DNA from: an uncultured virus (IMG/VR IMGVR_UViG_3300020048_000090)
Taxonomy: Duplodnaviria > Heunggongvirae > Uroviricota > Caudoviricetes
DNA length: 20,000 nt
IMG/VR virus record: IMGVR_UViG_3300020048_000090
Strand: one strand, 5' to 3'
Part shown: one piece after another, positions 1 through 6,590 of the stretch
How the letters are laid out: each line of letters opens with the position of its first letter
Numbering within the stretch: position 1 is the first letter of the stretch
The notes under the pieces: generated by a model
What the model was told of the DNA's origin: nothing
The model's database searches: none
The model's input: the letters and a program-made list of their open reading frames with translations, nothing else
Translations under genes and position numbers: made by a program

Positions 1-149
1 AATTCATCATAATGACCTGCCCATAGCAATATAATATCTACTACTAGAGTACCAGAGGTAATATCGCTTATATTTACTCTTACATCTCTAGCTTTAGCTA
101 CTGCCCAATCAAGAGCAATACCTGTTAGTTCATTAGTTTTAATTTTCAT
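1..149 (-). CDS. NinX-like / DUF2591-type phage protein, N-terminal part (runs off the window)
   Basis: ATG at 149 overlaps the ATPase stop (ATGA). Translation MKIKTNELTGIALDWAVAKA... matches the 'xELxGxALDWAVAKA' N-terminus typical of NinX-like phage proteins. Not in the ORF track. Confidence 0.6.
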   Translation of the reverse strand, partial: MKIKTNELTGIALDWAVAKARDVRVNISDITSGTLVVDIILLWAGHYDE

Positions 150-1162
150 ATCAGTGTCTCTTTTGCATGAGTTTTAATCCATTGCTTAACAGCAGGTAAT
201 GCATATAACTCTTTATTACGTTTAATAGAGTTAATCCAAGTTACTATTTGAAAGTCTAATGGAAGTCTTTCAATAAACTTAGTAAGAGCTTCAATATTCT
301 TTTCATTCATATTAGCTGAGATTAATCCAGTAAATGCATACAGAATATCTGGAGTCTCTTTAATAGGAATTCCAGTTGGATTAGCTGTAATTGATTTAAT
401 AGTAGGAAGGGATTCATATATCTCTGTATAGCCTTTAAACTCTCTAGCAGCACCTTCACCTACAGTACCAGCAAGGATGATTGTATCTGTCAATGATAGG
501 TTTGGTTTATCTTTGATAATGTTGTTTACAAACTGCCAAGTTCTAGGACTGCTATAAGTATTATCAGTATGGTTTGGATTAAAGTTGTGTAATAGCTCTG
601 GTCTAAATTCAATGAAGCTAGTGATACGAGTATCCATACCAATGCTATTAGCCCACTCTAACCAATCTTTATTATTTACTACTAGGTTGAAGTGAATCAT
701 CCTTGATTGCATAGCTGTACTCATACGATTAACAATTGCCTTATCTGTAGACTTGTTTCCTGCTGCTACGATAGCTACCCTATCGTGTAGCTTATATTGC
801 CCTACCATACGGTCTAGAATCAGCTTATAGCTGGCACTCTGGGTAGCTAGAGAAGCACTGGAGAGTTCATCTAAGAATAGAAGTATTCCATCTTTACCTT
901 TAGGTATTGGATCACCTTCAATTGGGAAGATAATAGGTGGTGTGAATACAGTTTTACCTTCATGGATTGTAGGAAATCCATTTAGATCTACGCTATCCAT
1001 CTGACTAAGACGTACATCAATAAGATGTAGATTTAGATTATTGGCTACCTGTCTTACAATATCGCTTTTTCCGCAGCCCGGAGATCCACTAATGTAAGGT
1101 ACTAGACGAGCATACAATACATCCATAATTGCTTCAGGCAATTGTTTGGTAGTAATGTTCAT
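146..1162 (-). CDS. MoxR-like AAA+ ATPase (N4 gp24-like)
   Basis: Walker A GSPGCGKS, Walker B LLFLDE, AAGN sensor, MQSRMIHF arginine-finger region, SPRTW motif. Size and position downstream of RNAP II fit N4-like phages. Confidence 0.88.
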   Translation of the reverse strand: MNITTKQLPEAIMDVLYARLVPYISGSPGCGKSDIVRQVANNLNLHLIDVRLSQMDSVDLNGFPTIHEGKTVFTPPIIFPIEGDPIPKGKDGILLFLDELSSASLATQSASYKLILDRMVGQYKLHDRVAIVAAGNKSTDKAIVNRMSTAMQSRMIHFNLVVNNKDWLEWANSIGMDTRITSFIEFRPELLHNFNPNHTDNTYSSPRTWQFVNNIIKDKPNLSLTDTIILAGTVGEGAAREFKGYTEIYESLPTIKSITANPTGIPIKETPDILYAFTGLISANMNEKNIEALTKFIERLPLDFQIVTWINSIKRNKELYALPAVKQWIKTHAKETLI

Positions 1163-1171
1163 GGTTATTCC

Positions 1172-1522
1172 TTAGATTGACCAAGTCTTTGAGTTAGCAC
1201 TCTTTGTTTTGATATCTGGGACAGTATCTTCTAGATAACTGATTGAACTATCTAACATCTCTTTAGCTATAGAGTCTTTCCATCCAGGATGTTCACAACT
1301 CTGATAGCTTAACGATTTCATCAGTAGATAAGCATCTACATCAGATAGCTTAATAGCTTCTTTAGTGTTACATTCAGTAATAGGAGTATTCTCCTCATAC
1401 CTGTAATTAACACTTAAGATATTTTCTTTCTTGAGAAGATCAGCTATTTGGTGTGTAACAATTTTACGAATAAATACTGCTACGCTGGCAATATGTTTAT
1501 CTGTTGCAATCCATGCACTCAT
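1172..1522 (-). CDS. conserved phage hypothetical protein
   Basis: 116-aa ORF in the co-directional run with an ENxxSVNYRY...YQSCE..W pattern recalled from phage hypotheticals. Confidence 0.7.
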   Translation of the reverse strand: MSAWIATDKHIASVAVFIRKIVTHQIADLLKKENILSVNYRYEENTPITECNTKEAIKLSDVDAYLLMKSLSYQSCEHPGWKDSIAKEMLDSSISYLEDTVPDIKTKSANSKTWSI

Positions 1523-1540
1523 GATTGATCCAATGGGAAT

Positions 1541-1576
1541 GCCTCTAGGAAGCCTTTATAAGGCCTTAGAAGCGAT
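1541..1576. repeat. copy 1 of 3 of an imperfect hairpin repeat (other copies ~8288-8324 and ~10292-10326)
   Basis: gcctctaggaagcctttataaggccttagaagcgat compared with gcttctacaagcctcttagaggcctatagaagcgat and gctctagaagcctctataaggcctctagaatcgtt. Confidence 0.7.
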
Positions 1577-1601
1577 TGTTTTAGGGAATTGAGGTGAGAC
1601 T

Positions 1602-1623
1602 ATCGAAAGAAAGCCGAAGGCTT
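1602..1623 (-). promoter_or_regulatory. candidate N4 vRNAP-type hairpin promoter (template on + strand)
   Basis: atcgaaaga-AAGCC-GAA-GGCTT: 5-bp stem with a C-GAA-G triloop. A matching motif lies at 7034-7055. Confidence 0.5.
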
Positions 1624-1630
1624 ATAAGGA

Positions 1631-2086
1631 CTACTCTTCTACTTCAATTTCAGTCCAAGGAGCTATACCAACTATCTTAGAACTAAAGTCTTCAGCTACT
1701 GCTTCTTCATTTGGGTAGAAGACACATGTTGTAAAGTATCTACCAGCAGTATCTTTAAGTACCCATTGCCATAACAATACTTTCTTTTTAGTCTTTGGTT
1801 TATCTCTGATTGCATAACGGTCTGGTGCTTCTGTAAATTGCCAATAATCTCCAGAATGCCAACAATCATCTCCATAAGGAACACCATTTTTATCTTTAGC
1901 TAGTCTAATCTCTTTATTTGGATCTTTAGCTGCTTCTTTTAGTTCTCGATATGGATCATGGATGCGATATGTATTTCCTGGATGCCAATTTGGTAATAAT
2001 GTTTTAATAAATACTCCGGGAGCTTCTTCATATTCAATTTCAGCTCCTTTTGCCCATTCCATAATCAAATTATAATGTACATGCAT
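1631..2086 (-). CDS. phage hypothetical protein
   Basis: 151 aa, GGAG RBS upstream. HxxLIMEWAKGAEIEY...PNW...YRI pattern with an internal W...YxIxD repeat. Confidence 0.75.
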   Translation of the reverse strand: MHVHYNLIMEWAKGAEIEYEEAPGVFIKTLLPNWHPGNTYRIHDPYRELKEAAKDPNKEIRLAKDKNGVPYGDDCWHSGDYWQFTEAPDRYAIRDKPKTKKKVLLWQWVLKDTAGRYFTTCVFYPNEEAVAEDFSSKIVGIAPWTEIEVEE

Positions 2087-2095
2087 TTTAATCTC

Positions 2096-2356
2096 CTAGT
2101 AGTCGTAATACTCTGCTTGTCTATGGACTAGAAATTCTTCTAGTAATCTAGACTTAACATTTTCATCTATATATTTCTCTAACCAAGCTGCAGGATAACC
2201 TCTCTTGTCTAATAACTGGAATTCAAACTCCTCATGTTCTGGTGCTATAGCATCTCCATAACCTGATCCAGTAACCTTCATAGGCATATCTGGAGAGTAC
2301 ATAGTAACTACACATTTACATGAAATACCATTAACCTTAGTATCGAATACCCTCAT
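2096..2356 (-). CDS. conserved phage hypothetical protein
   Basis: 86 aa with AGGTG RBS; LLDKRGYPAAWLEK motif. Confidence 0.75.
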   Translation of the reverse strand: MRVFDTKVNGISCKCVVTMYSPDMPMKVTGSGYGDAIAPEHEEFEFQLLDKRGYPAAWLEKYIDENVKSRLLEEFLVHRQAEYYDY

Positions 2357-2366
2357 ATTGCACCTA

Positions 2367-2630
2367 TTAAAGTGTTTTCAGAAGTTTCTGTAGCTTTACA
2401 TTTATCTGACGTTTCATTTCTGTATGTAGAGTAGCTTTAATATCTTCTATATTTGATAGTTCCTCTTCAATGATCTTATCTAACATTGGTTTGAATCTAA
2501 CAGTTAACTCTTTACGAATTACATTTTGAGTCTCCCAGTTGTTTACATACTCATTTATAACACTAATTGTTCTATTTTTAACTAATGTATTAAATGCTTC
2601 TTCAGGTATATCTATTTCAAGTTTCATAGT
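2367..2630 (-). CDS. hypothetical helical protein
   Basis: In-operon ORF (track 2367..2639). The start codon is uncertain (ATG at 2639 or 2627). Confidence 0.6.
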   Translation of the reverse strand, partial: TMKLEIDIPEEAFNTLVKNRTISVINEYVNNWETQNVIRKELTVRFKPMLDKIIEEELSNIEDIKATLHTEMKRQINVKLQKLLKTL

Positions 2631-2631
2631 A

Positions 2632-2829
2632 TCACTCAAACATATCTAAGATTTCTTGTGGATAACTACTACGTAATGATGATCCAACGCTATTCAATAT
2701 CTTTGAATCTGGTAGCTCAGCTAAAGCTTTACGTTCTAGGGCATCATATTCAGAATCTGAAATAATTGGATCATCTAGACAATAGTAGTTAAATCTATGG
2801 ATTAATACTTCTTTTTCTAACCAGTGCAT
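2632..2829 (-). CDS. stand-alone NAD+-dependent DNA ligase N-terminal (domain Ia)-like protein
   Basis: HRFNYYCLDDPIISDSEYDALER...PDS...VG matches the LigA domain Ia signature (HxxxYYxxDxPxISDxEYDxL). Only 65 aa, AAGGAG RBS, no KxDG adenylation motif. Confidence 0.8.
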   Translation of the reverse strand: MHWLEKEVLIHRFNYYCLDDPIISDSEYDALERKALAELPDSKILNSVGSSLRSSYPQEILDMFE

Positions 2830-2855
2830 TGATAGCTCCTTAAGTTGTTAGGGTT

Positions 2856-2889
2856 GTCAGGAAAGAGTGATTCCATGCCTGACTCATGG
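2856..2889 (-). promoter_or_regulatory. predicted H-type RNA pseudoknot upstream of the ligase-domain gene
   Basis: Minus strand CCATG-A-GTCAGG-CATGG-AATCACTCTTT-CCTGAC: S1 5 bp, L1 1 nt, S2 6 bp. Confidence 0.6.
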
Positions 2890-2934
2890 TGAAGGAGAGA
2901 GCTAATTAAAGCTCCTGGCACATTGCTTTACAGA

Positions 2935-3315
2935 TCACTCACCCACATCAGCAATACCAGCATTGCCCGAACTCATTACATTGTTAAATGATTTCTTTCT
3001 AAAGACATGTAAAGGTTTATTGTGATGTATGTAATCACTAACTGAGTTAATAAGTATTCTACGTAATACTGACTTATCTAAGTTTAATAGATCACAATAC
3101 CAACTAAATGTCATCTTCTCTTTACTATCAGACATTACCCAATATAAGTCTCCATATACAGGTAATCTTTCAGGTATTGCTTTCTTATCTTTTCTAGCTT
3201 TCTTTATTGCTAGATGCCTTCTCATATAAACGATTAATTGTTTAGAAGCTTGATCTAATCCATCTAACAATACTGCAGCACATAAAGTAAGCAATCCCTG
3301 ATGATCTTCAGACAT
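2935..3315 (-). CDS. hypothetical protein
   Basis: 126-aa ORF in the operon, with a W..SD....TFSWYCDLLNLD segment. Confidence 0.65.
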   Translation of the reverse strand: MSEDHQGLLTLCAAVLLDGLDQASKQLIVYMRRHLAIKKARKDKKAIPERLPVYGDLYWVMSDSKEKMTFSWYCDLLNLDKSVLRRILINSVSDYIHHNKPLHVFRKKSFNNVMSSGNAGIADVGE

Positions 3316-3478
3316 AAGCTTTCAGATGTATCTTGTTAATACGATAAGATCTACTCTGTTCTGTATATAGTTCCATGAGTATTACATAGGTATCTTTTGC
3401 TAACTCATCTAATCCAAGCTTCTTAGCTTGCATATAGATATTAGCTAATACAACAATTGAATCATTTAATTCTTTCAT
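3308..3478 (-). CDS. small hypothetical protein (56 aa, MKELNDSIVVL...)
   Basis: Hand-translated; AAGGA RBS upstream; stop overlaps the start of the next gene. Confidence 0.55.
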   Translation of the reverse strand: MKELNDSIVVLANIYMQAKKLGLDELAKDTYVILMELYTEQSRSYRINKIHLKAYV

Positions 3479-3596
3479 TTCTACTATTCCTTATACTGAC
3501 TGCTACTTTCCAAGGACTCCAACCATTACCTAGAAAGTAAGCTACTGTTTTTAATGCTGTTAAGTTTCTAATCATTTATATCCGATTTTCTGTTAT

Positions 3597-3857
3597 TTAC
3601 TTTTCCAAACGATACAAAGGAATTGAAGATTCAAAGTCACGATCATTATCTTGTTCCCATGAACTATCATCATCTGGCCATATTGTATGGAAATAATCCA
3701 CTAATATAAGTTTAGGTTCTGGCTTATCTAGCTCTGTTTTGAGTGCTTTTATAGCTTTCCAGCACTTCTCATAGCTAAACTCACAATCACCCTCAAAATC
3801 ACCTCTATGGACTGTTGTTAGGGCATCATAAGCTATTTGCATCACTTCTCTGCTCAT
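3597..3857 (-). CDS. hypothetical protein
   Basis: 86 aa; ATGA overlap with the upstream gene; MSREVMQxAxDAL and IPLY motifs common in phage hypotheticals. Confidence 0.7.
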   Translation of the reverse strand: MSREVMQIAYDALTTVHRGDFEGDCEFSYEKCWKAIKALKTELDKPEPKLILVDYFHTIWPDDDSSWEQDNDRDFESSIPLYRLEK

Positions 3858-4258
3858 TCTATCACCTTAAATTTAAATGTAGCTGGTTTGTCTATTTCAT
3901 ATAAACCAAATACTTTAGCAATACATACTTGCTTTTCTGTACCAGTAAGAAGAATGTCTTGACTAAATCTAATAGCTTCATCCATTGTAAAGGTTTCTAG
4001 AGTATCTGGTACATCAGTAATAACAACATAATTGTTACTATCTTTTTGTTTATTTGCTAGTTCTTCTTTTAAGTTTTGGATTGTTATATAGTCTTTATTT
4101 TCCCTAAGTACTAGTTTGTCATAGTTAACTTTAATTTGTTGAAGCTCACTATATACACTATTATTTTCATTAATTAGTGTTTTAGTAGTTTCTTCTAATG
4201 TATCAATATAACCAAGTACTTCTTGCATAGACATTTTATTAAGCACATCTTTATTCAT
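3854..4258 (-). CDS. coiled-coil hypothetical protein
   Basis: 134 aa, AAGGA RBS, heptad-like N-terminal half. Confidence 0.7.
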   Translation of the reverse strand: MNKDVLNKMSMQEVLGYIDTLEETTKTLINENNSVYSELQQIKVNYDKLVLRENKDYITIQNLKEELANKQKDSNNYVVITDVPDTLETFTMDEAIRFSQDILLTGTEKQVCIAKVFGLYEIDKPATFKFKVIE

Positions 4259-4267
4259 TTTAGTTCC

Positions 4268-4651
4268 TTAAAGTTTAGATATTGCAGTTACAATAGCTAA
4301 CCTTGTAGCTTCTGCAGCATCTGTTAGTAATGGTTCACAACACAATACATTATGTGAATCAGAGATATAGACATAATCTTTAGTATACTGAATATTCAAT
4401 TTATATTTAGTAACTAGATTCATACTATCTCTAGGATCAGTAGTAGGAAACCAAGGGATATCTAACCATAAATGAGTTCCATCCCAATCATGTTTAATAC
4501 CTTCTTTATCTGCTACTTTCATTAATATTTCAGTAACTCTATCCATTTTATTCTTCCTAAAAGAGATATAAGGAGCATTCCATAGGTTTATTGGATCAAA
4601 TGTTAAGTCAGGCCAATGTAGTTTCATAACTATTCTTTCAATGCATTCCAA
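4268..4651 (-). CDS. NinX-like phage protein (true start possibly 4546, MDRVTEIL)
   Basis: WFPTTDPRDSMNLVTKYKLNI...ATRLAIVTA resembles the NinX-type W-x-P-x-T-D...L...I and RxAI motifs. Confidence 0.55.
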   Translation of the reverse strand: MECIERIVMKLHWPDLTFDPINLWNAPYISFRKNKMDRVTEILMKVADKEGIKHDWDGTHLWLDIPWFPTTDPRDSMNLVTKYKLNIQYTKDYVYISDSHNVLCCEPLLTDAAEATRLAIVTAISKL

Positions 4652-5001
4652 GACCTAACTAGAGAAGCTTCTACATCTTTAAAGTTCTTTGTTAGCTCAG
4701 CAGGAGACATAGCATAAGCTTTTAGTTCATACCATATCTCATTGTATTCTCCTCTAATACCTATCTCTACAGATTCATGTACAGAATCTTGTATATTGTA
4801 CTGGAAGGGAACAACAACTAGTTGTGCTCCTGATCCATTAGTTTCACAATCTCTAGCTGGTATTTCAGATGTTCTATATGCTTGCCATTCACATGTATTA
4901 CTTTTATCTCTAAGAGTATTAATACCAAACTTGAAATGTTTCTTAGTTAAGAAATCATGTAATGCTGGCATTCTAGTGGTATGAGGTTTAGGTGGCATCA
5001 T
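4630..5001 (-). CDS. hypothetical protein
   Basis: Track ORF 4630..5070. The start is more likely at 5001, overlapping the upstream stop (ATGA). Confidence 0.65.
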   Translation of the reverse strand: MMPPKPHTTRMPALHDFLTKKHFKFGINTLRDKSNTCEWQAYRTSEIPARDCETNGSGAQLVVVPFQYNIQDSVHESVEIGIRGEYNEIWYELKAYAMSPAELTKNFKDVEASLVRSWNALKE

Positions 5002-5255
5002 GGTTCGTCTTGGAGCATCTCTGATATTTCTTCTAAGGTCATATGAGCTAAGTCTTCCCATTTGACCCATATACAGTCATGGAAAGCTTTGATAGATGCT
5101 TCTATACGCCTATGTTTTTCGTTAATCTCTTCTAAATAGATTTCTCTTAATTGTTCTCTCATGTTTGTATGAGCTTTAATAAGATCTTCTACAGTTAGAA
5201 TTTTACTTAACCCTAGATAGGTAGAGTAATCTTCTAGTAACTCTTTATCTGTCAT
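4998..5255 (-). CDS. hypothetical protein
   Basis: 85 aa with AAGGAG RBS. Confidence 0.7.
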   Translation of the reverse strand: MTDKELLEDYSTYLGLSKILTVEDLIKAHTNMREQLREIYLEEINEKHRRIEASIKAFHDCIWVKWEDLAHMTLEEISEMLQDEP

Positions 5256-5352
5256 GCTAATCTCCTTTGGTTGATTGGTTCCGTTACATCATTTATTGTC
5301 TCAAATGTACGGTTTCCATAAACAGACATATATAATAGTTTAAAATACTTTA

Positions 5353-5616
5353 TTAAGTGTTAAACCTACCATCAAATAGTAATTTTTTATTATATAATTT
5401 AATATCATCAGATATATTTAAAAAATAAACATCTTCAATTACTGTTCCATCTTCTAAATAAATCTTTATTTTATATATTAAATTATTTATATTTTCTAAT
5501 ATGCTTATAAATACTTTATCTTTTACATATATTTTAGAGGTGTTTTTAAAATCTTCACAATCTGCTATTGTAAAGTCTTTTTCTATATAGTATCGTATAC
5601 TTTTCAAGTTACTCAT
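5353..5616 (-). CDS. very AT-rich hypothetical protein
   Basis: 87 aa, I/K/N/Y-rich, visibly more AT-rich than its neighbours; weak RBS. Confidence 0.5.
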   Translation of the reverse strand: MSNLKSIRYYIEKDFTIADCEDFKNTSKIYVKDKVFISILENINNLIYKIKIYLEDGTVIEDVYFLNISDDIKLYNKKLLFDGRFNT

Positions 5617-5653
5617 TACTATACTCTTTAAAAGATATATTACATTGATTGGA

Positions 5654-5726
5654 TACCATCTCTAAGCACATTTACTGCTATGCTACATATTGACTGGTTC
5701 TGCCCCAGTGTCTCTTAGAGAGGGTA
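5654..5726 (-). ncRNA. circularly permuted tRNA-elbow-like RNA (T-arm before D-arm)
   Basis: TACCCTCTCTAAG-AGAC-[ACTGG GGCAGAA CCAGT]-CAATATG-TA-[GCAT AGCAGTAA ATGT]-G-CTTAGAGATGGTA; the 13-bp closing helix has one mismatch. Confidence 0.55.
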
Positions 5727-5731
5727 ATTGG

Positions 5732-5866
5732 ATAGGATGGCTGGTACTGATCTCCAGCTTACGATTAACTACTGCACTTGCACGGGATAGCAGCAACCCG
5801 ATCCTTGTGCCATGACAAGTCGCACGCATGGCGGCGTTAGCGTATCAGTCTACGCATTCATCCTAT
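5732..5866 (-). ncRNA. structured ~135-nt RNA with tRNA-like outline and loop-loop pairing
   Basis: ATAGGATG/CATCCTAT closing stem; GCGT-AGACTGAT-ACGC and GCTGG-AGATCAGTA-CCAGC hairpins with complementary loops (ACTGAT/ATCAGT); GC-rich internal hairpins. Confidence 0.75.
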
Positions 5867-5868
5867 AA

Positions 5869-5929
5869 TGAGACTGGTTGGATTTGAACCAACGACATAC
5901 TACATTCTACCAAACTGAACTACAGTCTC
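5869..5929 (-). ncRNA. tRNA-like RNA lacking the anticodon arm
   Basis: GAGACTG-TA-GTTC AGTTTGGTA GAAT-G-TAGT-ATGTC-GTTGG TTCAAAT CCAAC-CAGTCTC-A. Acceptor, D and T arms are intact; only 4 nt replace the 17-nt anticodon arm. Confidence 0.8.
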
Positions 5930-5934
5930 ATTGC

Positions 5935-6066
5935 TGGTGGGTCTGAGAGGCATTGATCCTCTAATCAACGAAGTATATTTACCCTAAATTGCTTTTCTGC
6001 TGGGCTATTCCCAACAATAGTACGATTTAGGTATTCCGTTGCTTTAACTTATTAAGTTACAGACCC
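5935..6066 (-). ncRNA. 132-nt tRNA-like RNA with encoded CCA and a greatly expanded anticodon-arm domain
   Basis: GGGTCTG...CAGACCC-A-CCA acceptor; AGAGG ATCAATG CCTCT T-arm; ~75-nt paired insert (CAACGG/TCGTTG, CCTAAAT/ATTTAGG, TGTTGGG/CCCAGCA). Confidence 0.75.
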
Positions 6067-6091
6067 TTTACTTACAATTAAATATGCTTTA

Positions 6092-6163
6092 TAGACTTGC
6101 CCAGAATCGAACTGGGAATAAAAATTTAGAAGATTTCTGTGATATCCGTTTCACTACAAGCCT
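6092..6163 (-). tRNA. trnR: tRNA-Arg (anticodon UCU), CCA not encoded
   Basis: AGGCTTG-TA-GTGA AACGGATA TCAC-A-GAAAT CT TCT AA ATTTT-TATT-CCCAG TTCGATT CTGGG-CAAGTCT-A. AGA codons are frequent in the window's genes. Confidence 0.9.
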
Positions 6164-6190
6164 ATAAAGCATACTTAATTTAATACTATC

Positions 6191-6331
6191 TTATTCAGGT
6201 ACAAATGATTTATACAAATCAACTACCCATCCATCTGTACCAGCAAACTTAACTGCTGTAAGTCTATTCTTATAGACTCTCCAGCAACCATCTGCTCGAT
6301 ATGCTTTCCATTTATATAGTTTAGTGGTCAT
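6191..6331 (-). CDS. small hypothetical protein (46 aa, MTTKLYKWKAYRADG...)
   Basis: Hand-translated; AAGGA RBS; overlaps the end of the upstream gene. Confidence 0.5.
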   Translation of the reverse strand: MTTKLYKWKAYRADGCWRVYKNRLTAVKFAGTDGWVVDLYKSFVPE

Positions 6332-6590
6332 GTAAATTTCCTTTATAAAATGATTCTAATGCTTTATACAAGTAAAAAGCTTCATCATAATCTAGATTAA
6401 ACTTTTTAGCTTTACTTGTATTGTAAGAAGGTATTTTAACAGAAAGACTGTTACCTGTGTTCTTAAGTTTTAATGCAGGATTACCTATGAATGGTGGAGT
6501 ATAGCCTGCATCATATGATACAACTATTTTATCTTTACCTACATTTAGGTCTAGACAGTAGCCATCATCATCTTGTATTAGTTTATTCAT
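6321..6590 (-). CDS. hypothetical protein
   Basis: Track ORF 6321..6623; the GGAG RBS supports a start at 6590 (MNKLIQDD). Confidence 0.65.
   Translation of the reverse strand: MNKLIQDDDGYCLDLNVGKDKIVVSYDAGYTPPFIGNPALKLKNTGNSLSVKIPSYNTSKAKKFNLDYDEAFYLYKALESFYKGNLHDH

Noticed and set aside
5732..5866. Naming this RNA as C4 antisense RNA or an HDV-like/theta ribozyme
   Set aside because: I could not find the nested P3/P1.1 elements of HDV-like ribozymes and could not confirm a C4 match or target sites from memory, so it is left unnamed.
5935..6066. tmRNA or group I intron-containing tRNA
   Set aside because: It has G3-C70 instead of G3-U70, no room for a tag reading frame, and an insert far shorter than a group I intron core.
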